NCBI GenBank assembly: GCA_965205865.1 | Contig: CBDBHR010000024.1 | Coordinates: 155,648 to 219,647 of the forward strand | Source: a bacterium | GTDB taxonomy: Bacteria > SAR324 > NAC60-12 | Direction of reading: 5' to 3' | DNA length: 64,000 nt | Shown here: piece after piece, positions 51,854 to 61,945 of the stretch | How positions within the stretch are numbered: position 1 is the stretch's first letter | Layout: every line of letters begins with the position of its first letter | Position numbers and translations under genes: made by a program | The notes under the pieces: model-generated | What the model was told of the DNA's origin: nothing | Seen by the model: the letters and a program-made list of their open reading frames with translations, nothing else | Database searches by the model: none

Positions 51854-52708
51854 TTAAGCGACGTTTTGCGCGCGCAGTGGTTGTTGCTGTTCATACCATA
51901 GATTCACTTGCTGCGGAAATTCATCCCCGGTACGGCAATAAATCGAAGCCAACGCAAAGCTTTGTTCGACCTGGATCAATCGCAGACGCACCATCTCCAG
52001 GATGGACATGAAGGTAATAATAAGCATAGCAAGGGAATAATCCTCGGCAAAAAATTCCTCGAACTGATAACGCGGTTTGAGATGAAGCAACTGAATCAAC
52101 TCTTCGATGCGATCTTCAGTCCGATAAGTTTCCGTTTCGATCACATGGACATTTTTACGGGGACGCTCCATTACTTGACGGAATGCCTGCATGAGCTCAA
52201 AAAGAGAAATTTCTTCAAAAACCTCCGGTGTCTCCGTTGTTTCTTTTACAACTTCTGTTTCCTGATCCGGGCGAATGAAAATATCACGCCCCAGCATATC
52301 GAAACTGCTCAGCAAAAAAGCAGCTTCCTTAAATGTTTGATATTCAATGAGTTGGCGTCGTAATCGCTCTTCGGGATCTTCCTCTTCCCCTTCTTCGACG
52401 AGAGGCGTCTGGGGCAACAGGTGCTTCGATTTGAGCCAGACCAAGGTGGCGGCTGTTTCCAGAAATTCACCGGCATAATCCAGGTTTACCGATTCTATCA
52501 ACTCTAAATACGCCAAATAGGAACTGGTCAATTCCGCCAATGCCACTTTGTGAATATCCAACTCCTTCTTGCGTATCAAATGCAACAAAAGGTCCAGCGG
52601 TCCTTCAAATGTCGGTATTTTGATTTCCAGAGGATTGTGGGGATTCGGAAATACGAGTAGGGGCGCCCCTCGCTCGGGTACCACTTTTGTCTCAATTGCC
52701 ATTTTCAT
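51854..52708 (-). CDS. scpA: Segregation and condensation protein A
   Basis: FEGPLDLLLHLI, LKSKHLLP, TFMSILE. Confidence 0.93.
   Translation of the reverse strand: MKMAIETKVVPERGAPLLVFPNPHNPLEIKIPTFEGPLDLLLHLIRKKELDIHKVALAELTSSYLAYLELIESVNLDYAGEFLETAATLVWLKSKHLLPQTPLVEEGEEEDPEERLRRQLIEYQTFKEAAFLLSSFDMLGRDIFIRPDQETEVVKETTETPEVFEEISLFELMQAFRQVMERPRKNVHVIETETYRTEDRIEELIQLLHLKPRYQFEEFFAEDYSLAMLIITFMSILEMVRLRLIQVEQSFALASIYCRTGDEFPQQVNLWYEQQQPLRAQNVA
52657..52682 (+). repeat. GTAG-type REP-like sequence inside the scpA 5' region
   Basis: GTAGGGGCGCCCCTCGCTCGG; 20 of 21 bases are identical to the copy at 60235. Confidence 0.7.
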
Positions 52709-52757
52709 ATGCTCGTCCTATGAGGGCTGTTTGCGCTCCTTCCTGGAGCGCCTTTTG

Positions 52758-55715
52758 TCATTGATCAAACTGTTCTGCAGGTGATTCTTTTTCCTCTAGC
52801 AGCTCGCGAAATGATTTTTGCCGTAGGGGTTCTCCTTGCTCGGATCCCCTACTGGATCGTATATACTGGGCGTTGGCCCTTTCGGTGACTCGGATCAAAT
52901 CCTGTTGACTGCGAATGATGGTTGGACGAATGAACATCATCAAATTCGTTTTTTCCACACGCTCCGAGTTGCTTCTGAAGAGCCAGCCAATGAATGGCAG
53001 ACCTCCTAATCCGGGAATTTCTGATTCGTTCAGACTAACTTGCTCATTGAGCAATCCCCCGAGCACCACAATCGAATCATTGACCGTGATCACAACAGTT
53101 TTTAACTCCCGTTTGAAAGTCGTCACTGCATTTGAACTTCCAACGGGAGTGGGCGCGACGTCACTAGTGGTCTGACTGATTTCCAGGCGAATGCTTTGAT
53201 CTCCACTGATTTGCGGGCGAATTGTGGCAATCACACCCACATCCCGAAACTCAATTTGATCCGTCACCCGTCCATTTGCATCAACCACCGACTTGGTCGC
53301 TACCGGAACCACCCGGGAGACGTTCAAGGTAGCTTCTTCATTATTAAGCATCATCAATTGCGGATTGGCCAAAATGTTGATGTCCGCATCATGCTGGACC
53401 GCCCGCACAAAGGCGCCGAAACTCAGAAAGGTTTGCCCCTCAAATATCAAGGAGCCTCCGCTCAATACCCCGATAGCGCTGGTCCCTGCATTTTGCAATG
53501 CATTTTCGATCGTCAAAGGAGAGGCATCCGGAAAACCAGCGCTGATTATCGCCTCACCGCCCGAAGTCTGAGTAGTAGCAGACCAGTTGACTCCGAAATC
53601 GAGGCTCTTGCTCAAACTGGTCTCCATGATCAGCGCCTCGATATATACCTGAACCCGGGGTATGTCCAGTTGCTCTATTATCCGGTCCAGAGTGGCAAAA
53701 ATTTCAGTCGGGCCGAAAACGAGCAAGGTGTTGGTAGTTTCATCCGCCGTAATGGAAATCTGGTTAGCCGTTTCCTCATGCATCCGTGTCTTGCTATCCC
53801 CGGCTGAGAGCGCACCCTCGCTCGACTGCTCCTCTTTTCCCGCTTCCGCTTGGGACACCGATTGAAGTACCGAATCGTCGGTTTCTCCGCTTTTGGCCAC
53901 ATCCACGATGTTGCCGGTTACCTCTTTGAGCAAACTGGCCACTTCCTTGGCCACGGCATGTTGCAGCGAGTAAAGCTTGAATTGGCTTCGTGCCACTTCC
54001 ATCTTGGCCGGAAGATCCAACCTTTCGATTAAATTCAAGATCCGTTCCGTCCTTTGGTGGTCGGCAAAAATAATCAACAGATTGAGGCGTTCATCGGATA
54101 AGATCAACCATTCCTGTTCCATCTCTGATTCGTTCCCCGTCACCGACTTTTGGCTGAAGATGGAATTGAGCAATTTCGCAACCGTTCCTGCTTTGGCGTG
54201 TTGGAGGGGATGGACCGTGAATTCCGCATTTCCCCCACTGACATCAAGTTGTTCGATCAAACCCAGTATCCGCGGTATTGTGAATTTGTCGGCAATGATG
54301 ATCAAGGAATTCAAACGGGGTTCCGGGATGATCTTCACTCGGCTTCGAACCGCAGTCTGCCCTTGGTCTTTACCGGCCACAATCTGATCTGAAAAAATAT
54401 TGGCAAGGAGGGGTCCCAAAATCGGGGCGGAAGCAAATTTCAGCGGATGTAGAAGCAGATCGAATTCTCCCTGGGGGACATCAAGCTCTTCCACCAGTTT
54501 CAAAATATCTTGCGTGGTGGATGGATCGGCAATAATGATCAGGAGACTGAGGCTGTCAAATGGAATGATTTGCACGGGAGAAGTGATAGCTGTCACGGAC
54601 TTTGGTTTTTGTACGTCTTTAGCACTCTCCCCTCTTTCTCGAGTGTCTTCGATTTTGATGACAGGAAGATCTTTCCGGGTATAGATTTGGGAAAGCAGGG
54701 GGGCGATGCTGCCTGGGGTCCGGTATGTCAATGGATGGACAGTTAGTTCCGTCCCTTCTTCTTCCGCAACTTCGACGTCTATCAGTTTCAGCAGCTTAAG
54801 GATTTGCTCGGTAGCGGCTTGGGTTGTGAAAAAAATCAAGGAGTTTTGCCTCGCGTTGACAAGAAATTTGACTTCTTCCTGTCGTCCGCTATACAAGATG
54901 TTGGCATAAATAGAGGAGACCATACGGTGGGTTTCCTCGACCCGGGTGTGCTTCATTTTGTAAACCGTCATCACCTGTTTCAAATCTTCCGGATCCTTCA
55001 CATCCAGAATATCAATGATGCCGTTGATGCGGTCCACGTTGACCTGGGAATCTACAAAAATAAAAACGCGGAGTAGATCATAGGTGAGCAGCATACCGAC
55101 TTGAGAGAGAAAGGGCTGAATGACGTCCTTGATTTGGTTCATATCCGCATACTTGATTTGACGCACGCGAATCACATAGTCCGAGGGGTTTATCGCCTTT
55201 AGTCGGTCTCTGGTGGTCTGAGAGGAAATCGTGATTTGAGAATCACCCTCCATTTCTCGAGATTCGGGTTCCCGCATTTCTGCTTGTGGTGGATCGTCAA
55301 AAAGAAGGGGCAACTTATGAAAACGAGCCTCGCGACCTTCAATGAGTTCCACAACATTACTGTCCGGGTAACGCAGCAAGGTCAGACTTTGGGATTCCAG
55401 CAGTTTGTTGAACAGCACGAAAAGATCCTTCTTTTTCACCGTGAAATTAGAAGGCATAGTTATGGACAATTGTCCGCGCAGGGTGCCTTCTTGATACATG
55501 AAGAGAGTGTTGGTTTCCCTGGAAATGATTTCCATTAACTGTTCTAAAGTGACACTTTCCGGAAGGTTGATCGAAATTTCTTCCTCCAGAAAGTTTTCTT
55601 CTTCAACCCCCTCTGTCAGCTCGGTAATTGGCGATTGCGGATGAACCTTCTCCGCTATCAGCAGACACGCTCCGATCGAGAGCGCCATCACCCAATACTG
55701 CCAATATTGCTTCAT
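52758..55715 (-). CDS. gspD: Secretin, GspD-like, with expanded N-domain repeats
   Basis: LDIPRVQVYIEALIME, NILANPQL, EFRDVG, EIPGLGGLPFIGWLF, FIRPTII, and six periplasmic repeats. Confidence 0.85.
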   Translation of the reverse strand: MKQYWQYWVMALSIGACLLIAEKVHPQSPITELTEGVEEENFLEEEISINLPESVTLEQLMEIISRETNTLFMYQEGTLRGQLSITMPSNFTVKKKDLFVLFNKLLESQSLTLLRYPDSNVVELIEGREARFHKLPLLFDDPPQAEMREPESREMEGDSQITISSQTTRDRLKAINPSDYVIRVRQIKYADMNQIKDVIQPFLSQVGMLLTYDLLRVFIFVDSQVNVDRINGIIDILDVKDPEDLKQVMTVYKMKHTRVEETHRMVSSIYANILYSGRQEEVKFLVNARQNSLIFFTTQAATEQILKLLKLIDVEVAEEEGTELTVHPLTYRTPGSIAPLLSQIYTRKDLPVIKIEDTRERGESAKDVQKPKSVTAITSPVQIIPFDSLSLLIIIADPSTTQDILKLVEELDVPQGEFDLLLHPLKFASAPILGPLLANIFSDQIVAGKDQGQTAVRSRVKIIPEPRLNSLIIIADKFTIPRILGLIEQLDVSGGNAEFTVHPLQHAKAGTVAKLLNSIFSQKSVTGNESEMEQEWLILSDERLNLLIIFADHQRTERILNLIERLDLPAKMEVARSQFKLYSLQHAVAKEVASLLKEVTGNIVDVAKSGETDDSVLQSVSQAEAGKEEQSSEGALSAGDSKTRMHEETANQISITADETTNTLLVFGPTEIFATLDRIIEQLDIPRVQVYIEALIMETSLSKSLDFGVNWSATTQTSGGEAIISAGFPDASPLTIENALQNAGTSAIGVLSGGSLIFEGQTFLSFGAFVRAVQHDADINILANPQLMMLNNEEATLNVSRVVPVATKSVVDANGRVTDQIEFRDVGVIATIRPQISGDQSIRLEISQTTSDVAPTPVGSSNAVTTFKRELKTVVITVNDSIVVLGGLLNEQVSLNESEIPGLGGLPFIGWLFRSNSERVEKTNLMMFIRPTIIRSQQDLIRVTERANAQYIRSSRGSEQGEPLRQKSFRELLEEKESPAEQFDQ

Positions 55716-55769
55716 TCAAGTCCTTTAGGAACAAACCTTAATTAACCTGTAATTCTTCCAATAGTGTGA

Positions 55770-55846
55770 GCAAAATTGGGGGACATGTACAGCGGCATCC
55801 CAACTCTACTGTTTTATGCCTGCTGTTACCTGTCCCCTAATTTTGC
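55770..55846. repeat. Long imperfect inverted repeat (REP/MITE-like)
   Basis: GCAAAATTGGGGGACATGTACAGCGGCAT pairs with ATGCCTGCTGTTACCTGTCCCCTAATTTTGC. Confidence 0.75.
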
Positions 55847-55881
55847 GTATCCATACTTCTAACTTATTTAAATTTCATTCC

Positions 55882-56571
55882 TTAAGGATTTGTTTTCAAA
55901 TCAAGCCACCATTCTGCCAACTTCAAATCCTGCTGTCTCGTAATCTTCAAATTAAACACATCCCCTTCCACGGGGGAGACCGCATGGCCCCATTGCTCGA
56001 CGACCGAAGCATCATCGGTGGTTTGCCAACCATGGTTTTGTAAGGCTTGATAGGCCTCGATCAACAATCGGGCTTCGAATCCCTGCGGGGTTTGCGTGGC
56101 AAATAGCTGAGAACGATTCAATACACGGCTGCTACTGTCCCGGATTTCCCGAATTGTGTCCGTTAAAGGAATCACCGGTATTGCTGCGTTTGTAAGTGCG
56201 CACTGGTTCAGAATTCGTTCGACCAATTTAGAAGAACATAAAGGTCGGGCCCCATCGTGGACCAAAATCCATTTGGGAAGTGGTCCTTGACGAATCCGTT
56301 CCAAGGCATTGAACACTGAATCCTGCCGTTTTTCTCCTCCTGTCACCAATGTGATGCGTCTCTCTCCTTCAGTCCAGAATAACAGACGATCCATGTCTTG
56401 TCGGGCAATCACTAAGTAAATCTGGGAAATCCGGGGTTGCGTCAAGAAGAGAGTTAAGGTGTGCTGTAAAACTGTTCGAGTGCCAAGGGGCAGAAACAAT
56501 TTGTTTTGGCCGGCGGCCATTCGCTTTCCCTGACCTGCGGCAGGGATAATTGCAACCGCGTCACCTGACAT
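55882..56571 (-). CDS. ispD: 2-C-methyl-D-erythritol 4-phosphate cytidylyltransferase
   Basis: PAAGQGKRM, RQDSV, VHDGARP, QTPQGF, NLKIT. Confidence 0.96.
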   Translation of the reverse strand: MSGDAVAIIPAAGQGKRMAAGQNKLFLPLGTRTVLQHTLTLFLTQPRISQIYLVIARQDMDRLLFWTEGERRITLVTGGEKRQDSVFNALERIRQGPLPKWILVHDGARPLCSSKLVERILNQCALTNAAIPVIPLTDTIREIRDSSSRVLNRSQLFATQTPQGFEARLLIEAYQALQNHGWQTTDDASVVEQWGHAVSPVEGDVFNLKITRQQDLKLAEWWLDLKTNP

Positions 56572-56808
56572 GCTTCCGTCCTTCCCCTGTCCCTCGAGTC
56601 CGTAATTGGCTGAAGCTACCAGATTTTTCAGACAAAAACAATATTTGTGAGAAGAGACAAGGCCGTAAGAATACTCCAGATTGTCTGAATCTTGAGAAAT
56701 GAGTAACTGCTTTTCTCTTTTTCATTTTAAACTGTTGAATTGCAGCAATTCATGTCATATTTTCAATACTGGATTTCATAGATTCATCGGTTTTCCAAGA
56801 GAGGTTTC

Positions 56809-57210
56809 ATGTTTTGGAAATTGGTCCTGGCTTTCACGCTCATTCCGGTGGTTGAAATTTATTTATTGATTCGGGTGGGTTCGCAGTTCGGGGCATTGAC
56901 CACGGTAGTGATCGTCTTCGGCACCGGCATTCTGGGAGCTTCTTTGGCGCGAATGCAAGGACTGAAAACCATGTTCAAGGTTCGTGAACAGTTGCAGCAA
57001 GGATTGATGCCTGCAGGAGAAATGATCGATGCGCTTCTTATTGTGGTGGCGGGAATTGTGTTGCTCACTCCTGGATTTCTCACGGATCTCGCCGGATTCC
57101 TGCTGCTCATTCCAACAACGCGGGTTCTTTTCAAGCAATGGTTACGCCGACGTTTCGAGACGCTTTATGTCCAGCGCACTCCCATGCCTCCTCCTAAAAA
57201 CATCAATTGA
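56809..57210 (+). CDS. fxsA: FxsA family membrane protein
   Basis: IPVVEIYLLI, LLTPGFLTD. Confidence 0.9.
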   Translation: MFWKLVLAFTLIPVVEIYLLIRVGSQFGALTTVVIVFGTGILGASLARMQGLKTMFKVREQLQQGLMPAGEMIDALLIVVAGIVLLTPGFLTDLAGFLLLIPTTRVLFKQWLRRRFETLYVQRTPMPPPKNIN

Positions 57211-57302
57211 AAAAGGAGTAGCGGCTCTTTTTTGTCCCGGCAGAAATCAAGCCTGCAAAAAAGCGAGTTCCCCCCCTTCGATTTTTCAATAGCGTGGGAG
57301 GC

Positions 57303-60300
57303 ATGATCCATCGTATTGAATTGATCATCAAACAAGAGTTGCAGGATCCGGAGGGCTTGAAACTACTTCAGCAACTTTGCGCTGTTCCACATCTCGATTT
57401 TCCGCTGAAACCCCATTCCATCGAAGACATACGCACCCTTTCCGGCTTTCTATTTTTCTCTCCGATAACCTCTTCTGATGCAAAGCAGCTGTGTCGAGCC
57501 GTTTTAGAAGATCCGGTGTTGCATGAAAGCCGAGTGGATTCTTTTTTTGGCGACGAACTGGAATTTGATTGGTACGTGGAAATCGGATTTCGTCCTGGGG
57601 TGACCGACAATATTGGACGAACGGCGCAGGAAACCTTTGAATTATGGCTGCAACGGCCTTTTGCGCCAGAACAGCATGCGCATTCGGTACGGGGGTTTTT
57701 TTTCAAAGGAAGTCTTTCTCGTCAGCATCTGGAAGCATTGACCAGTCAATTTCTCATGAATGAGCTCATCGAGAAGGCAACCATTGTTTCCAAAACCGAT
57801 TGGGCCACCTCCCGCAACACGTTACGAACTCTGCCTCTGGTTCAATTGTCAGATCCCATCCGGGTGCAGACTTTTGCCTTGGAATCTGCCGAAGCCATGT
57901 TGGAATTGGGGCGACAACGGACATTGGCTTTGAATTTCGAGGAAGCTGAGGCGATTCTGCATTATTTTCAACAACCACACATTCGTCAACGTCGATGCGA
58001 GGAAGGAATCAGTGAAGATCCCACGGATGTGGAACTCGAGGTGCTGGCGCAAACCTGGTCGGAGCATTGCAAGCATAAAATTTTCAATGCAACTGTCAAT
58101 TATTCAGATTCCACTACTGGAACAATCGAATGTATCGATTCGCTCTACAAAACCTATGTGAAAGGGGCCACTGCCCAAATCCGCCGATCACTGGGCAATG
58201 CAGACTGGTGTGTTTCTGTTTTTTCAGACAATGCGGGGATCATCCGATTCAATGAGGAGTGGAATGTTGCCGTGAAAGTGGAAACCCACAATTCCCCTTC
58301 TGCTTTGGATCCTTATGGTGGCGCCTTGACCGGCATCGTGGGAGTCAATCGGGATATTATGGGAACCGGTATGGGGGCGGCAATGATCTTCAACACGAAT
58401 GTCTTTTGCTTTGCCTCTCCTTTTTATGACAAACCATTGCCCGGCCAGTTGATGCATCCCCGGCGGATATTCGACGGCGTGCGCTCAGGAGTGGAACATG
58501 GAGGCAATAAAAGTGGCGTCCCCACGGTTAATGGCGCCATTGTTTTTCATGAACGCTTTCTGGGTAAACCCCTGGTGTTTTGCGGAACGGGAGGTTTGAT
58601 ACCCGCTCAAATCAAGGGACATCCGTCCCACCTGAAAAGTGTCATCCCCGGAGACGTCATCGTGATGGTGGGAGGACGAATTGGCAAAGATGGCATCCAC
58701 GGGGCAACTTTCTCTTCAGAAGCATTGCAACAAGGCTCACCAGCCACTGCGGTGCAAATCGGCGATCCTATCATTCAACGGCGTATGTATGATTTCCTTT
58801 TAGAAGCGCGGGACCAGGGATTGTATCGCTGCATTACCGACAATGGAGCAGGTGGACTTTCCTCTTCGGTGGCAGAAATGGCTCAACTTTCCAATGGCTT
58901 TCATCTGCAACTGGACAAAGCCCCTTTGAAATATCCGGGTTTGCAACCCTGGGAAATTTTTGTTTCGGAAGCCCAGGAACGCATGACGGTCGCAGTGCCT
59001 CCCGATCATCTGGAATCTTTTCTTGCCTTGTCGGAATCCATGAACGTGGAATCGACGGCCTTGGGAACATTCAACGACTCCGGGTTTTTGAAAGCCACCT
59101 GTCAAGACAAAACGGTTGCCCTGCTGGACATGAACTTCCTCCATGAGGGAGTTCCCACCATGGAGTTGGAAGCAATCTGGGAGCCTCCGTACTGCCAGGA
59201 ACCGGAATTTACTCCTCCCGCCGATCTGACGACGATCCTACAAGTTCTACTGGGTCGCTTGAACGTGTGCAGCAAGGAAGGGGTGATTCGCCAATATGAC
59301 CACGAGGTCCAGGGAGGCAGCGTGATCAAACCCTTGGTTGGTGTTCACAATGATGGTCCCAGTGATGCGGCAGTGATTCGCCCAGTCTTGGAATCCATGG
59401 AAGGACTGGCCATTGCCAACGGAATCTGCCCTCGTTACAGTGACATCGACACCTACCATATGACTGCCTGCGCCATCGACGAAGCGGTACGCAATATCAT
59501 CGCTGTAGGCGGTAATCCGGAACAAATAGCTGGGCTGGACAATTTCTGTTGGTGCGACCCGATTGCCTCGCAAGCGAATGCGGATGGTCCTTACAAAATG
59601 GCGCAGTTAGTGCGTGCCAACAAAGCCCTCTATGATATGACCACCCTTTATGGCATGCCTTGTATTTCAGGCAAAGACAGTATGAAAAATGACTATCGTT
59701 TCGGCAACACGCATATCGCCATCCCTCCCACAGTTCTCTTCACCACCGTAGGCAAGATCAATGACGTGCGAAAAACCATCACCATGGATGTCAAAACTGC
59801 AGGGGATTGGATATATTTGCTAGGCGAAACCAAAAATGAACTGGGAGGATCCGAATATTACGACCATTTGGGCTTTTTGGGAAAAAATGTCCCGCAAGTG
59901 GATGGTAGGACAGCCAGGGAACGTTACAGAAAGGTGAGTCAGGCAATTGCAGCAGGGTGGTTGCAATCCTGCCACGATTGTTCCGATGGTGGTGTGGCGG
60001 TGGCCTTGGCGGAATCCGCCTTTGCCGGGGGGTTGGGAATGCAGTTGGGCATTTCCGATCTGCTGGAGCAAACGGGCCTACGCCCCGACCAATTTCTATT
60101 TTCGGAATCAGCCAGTCGCTTTGTTGTAACGGTCTCTCCACGACATCGTGAGGCGTTTGAAACGAGTTTTGCAGATCAGGATTGCTATTGCTTAGGGCAG
60201 GTGACCAAAACTCCGCAATTGGTGATTTCGGGACGTAGGGGCGCTCCTCGCTCGGTTGCCCTGCATTTGCGAGGCTTCCCACCCGGTCGATCAAAGGATA

Positions 60301-60383
60301 CCTCGGGAGAAAAACCGACAGTATTGATCCGGGCTACGATTGCAGCGTTGAAAGAAAGTTGGCAGGCAACCTTACGAACATAA
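57303..60383 (+). CDS. purL: Phosphoribosylformylglycinamidine synthase subunit PurL (with PurS-like N-terminus)
   Basis: QTWSEHCKHKIF, KVETHNSPS, DNGAGG, SEAQERM, HDCSDGG. Confidence 0.95.
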   Translation: MIHRIELIIKQELQDPEGLKLLQQLCAVPHLDFPLKPHSIEDIRTLSGFLFFSPITSSDAKQLCRAVLEDPVLHESRVDSFFGDELEFDWYVEIGFRPGVTDNIGRTAQETFELWLQRPFAPEQHAHSVRGFFFKGSLSRQHLEALTSQFLMNELIEKATIVSKTDWATSRNTLRTLPLVQLSDPIRVQTFALESAEAMLELGRQRTLALNFEEAEAILHYFQQPHIRQRRCEEGISEDPTDVELEVLAQTWSEHCKHKIFNATVNYSDSTTGTIECIDSLYKTYVKGATAQIRRSLGNADWCVSVFSDNAGIIRFNEEWNVAVKVETHNSPSALDPYGGALTGIVGVNRDIMGTGMGAAMIFNTNVFCFASPFYDKPLPGQLMHPRRIFDGVRSGVEHGGNKSGVPTVNGAIVFHERFLGKPLVFCGTGGLIPAQIKGHPSHLKSVIPGDVIVMVGGRIGKDGIHGATFSSEALQQGSPATAVQIGDPIIQRRMYDFLLEARDQGLYRCITDNGAGGLSSSVAEMAQLSNGFHLQLDKAPLKYPGLQPWEIFVSEAQERMTVAVPPDHLESFLALSESMNVESTALGTFNDSGFLKATCQDKTVALLDMNFLHEGVPTMELEAIWEPPYCQEPEFTPPADLTTILQVLLGRLNVCSKEGVIRQYDHEVQGGSVIKPLVGVHNDGPSDAAVIRPVLESMEGLAIANGICPRYSDIDTYHMTACAIDEAVRNIIAVGGNPEQIAGLDNFCWCDPIASQANADGPYKMAQLVRANKALYDMTTLYGMPCISGKDSMKNDYRFGNTHIAIPPTVLFTTVGKINDVRKTITMDVKTAGDWIYLLGETKNELGGSEYYDHLGFLGKNVPQVDGRTARERYRKVSQAIAAGWLQSCHDCSDGGVAVALAESAFAGGLGMQLGISDLLEQTGLRPDQFLFSESASRFVVTVSPRHREAFETSFADQDCYCLGQVTKTPQLVISGRRGAPRSVALHLRGFPPGRSKDTSGEKPTVLIRATIAALKESWQATLRT
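60228..60308 (+). repeat. 75-bp in-frame REP-like insertion in purL, flanked by TCGGGA direct repeats
   Basis: TCGGGA at 60228 and 60303; the insert contains GTAGGGGCGCTCCTCGCTCGGTTGCCC. Confidence 0.7.
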
Positions 60384-60390
60384 AAGAATC

Positions 60391-61218
60391 ATGACACTCC
60401 CCAAAACTCTGATACTTTCCGGTTATGGTCTCAATTGCGAGAAAGAGACGGCGCATTGCTGTCGTCTGGCAGGAGGTGGAGAGGTCGAGGTGATCCATAC
60501 TTCGCAGCTCATGCGGGGTATCATTCGGTTACAGGACTATCAATTCTTGATTTTCATCGGTGGTTTTCTGGACGGCGACGACTTGGGAGCAGGTCGAGTA
60601 GGGGCCAATCGTTTTAAATATGGCATTACGGGCAATTCCCGTCTTCCTTTGCAGGAACAGTTGTTGGCGTTTGTGGAAAAAGGCAAACTGGTATTGGGCA
60701 TTTGCAACGGATTTCAAGTGCTCGTCAAGCTTGGTTTGCTGCCTGGTAACGATTTGCGGCAAGGAAATCGAATGGTCTGCCATCAACAGGTTTCACTGAC
60801 CAACAATGCCCGTCATCAATTTGAAGACCGCTGGGTGCATTTGAAGGTCAATCCGGCCTCCCCTTGCGTGTACAGCAAAGACATCCCGCGACTTTATTTG
60901 CCGGTGCGTCATGGCGAAGGACGCCTCGAAGGCGACCGCGAGCAGGTGCTGCCACAATTACTGGGACGCAATCAGGTTCCTCTGCAATACGCATCACCAG
61001 AAGGAGAGGTAACCGAACATTACCCCGACAATCCGAATGGTTCTCCCTTGGGCATTGCATCGCTGTGCAACACGAAAGGTAACGTCATGGGCCTCATGCC
61101 GCATCCGGAAGCTTACCATCATTACACGAATCATCCTCATTGGACTCGTTTGTCACATCAGAAAGAGGAAGGAGAAGGATTGCAGCTTTTTAAAAATGCG
61201 TACCACTATTTTTCCTGA
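60391..61218 (+). CDS. purQ: FGAM synthase glutaminase subunit PurQ
   Basis: GLNCEKET, LGICNGFQ, RHGEG, GLMPHPE. Confidence 0.96.
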   Translation: MTLPKTLILSGYGLNCEKETAHCCRLAGGGEVEVIHTSQLMRGIIRLQDYQFLIFIGGFLDGDDLGAGRVGANRFKYGITGNSRLPLQEQLLAFVEKGKLVLGICNGFQVLVKLGLLPGNDLRQGNRMVCHQQVSLTNNARHQFEDRWVHLKVNPASPCVYSKDIPRLYLPVRHGEGRLEGDREQVLPQLLGRNQVPLQYASPEGEVTEHYPDNPNGSPLGIASLCNTKGNVMGLMPHPEAYHHYTNHPHWTRLSHQKEEGEGLQLFKNAYHYFS

Positions 61219-61619
61219 TGCATCATCGAGAACAACCATAGCACACTTCTGGCACAACCACGTAGATGGCGAGCGATGGTGGCTCCCATTCGGCATCTGA
61301 CCGTTCACACTCGCCCCGTATGTTTCGCGTCCACCCCTCTCAAAAGGGAGCCCGCAGGGTGTGGCGTATCAGACCACACCCGATAAATTAAATTGACAGA
61401 ATACTAAAAGCCCATCTCCCGCTTCAGATCCTGGTCGATCCAGACACGGGTGAGGACAGTTGAGTAATTGCCCTGTCCTATTCTGATCTCGCCGTTATAC
61501 CCCTTTTTTTGAATGATGAGCTAGCCTTGTCAATTTACAGACAATTGACTCGACTGTTAGAAATAGGTAAATTAAAATTTTTTTATAGCTTCAAAATTTC
61601 TTCAAGAGGAGACCGAAAA

Positions 61620-61859
61620 ATGCTTCACAACTATACGGCTCACTATGTAAAGATCAATTCAGGTTATATGGGGCAATTGCTTGAATGGCCTGAAGTGGTT
61701 ACAGAAGGCGAGGATATCGAGAATTGCCGATTGATGCTAAGAGACGCAATGCATGAAATGGTTCTGGCTTACCAACGACAAGGAAACGAAATCCCTCTGG
61801 GTAATAGTCTGATTGAACAGGTTCCTATCGAGATAGCAGATGTCGGTCAAACGACGTGA
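61620..61859 (+). CDS. hicB: HicB family antitoxin
   Basis: GYMGQLLEWPEVVTEGEDIENCRLMLRDA, GAGGAG RBS. Confidence 0.85.
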   Translation: MLHNYTAHYVKINSGYMGQLLEWPEVVTEGEDIENCRLMLRDAMHEMVLAYQRQGNEIPLGNSLIEQVPIEIADVGQTT

Positions 61860-61881
61860 TTTAGAACTTATCCTTAAATAA
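61840..61881 (+). pseudogene. Truncated HicA toxin start
   Basis: MSVKRRDL overlaps the hicB end, then unrelated sequence and a stop follow. Confidence 0.55.
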
Positions 61882-61945
61882 CATTAACTTTCCTGTAAGT
61901 TATGATAGCTGCAGCCAATTGAAGCAGTGCGAGATAAGTTTGATA

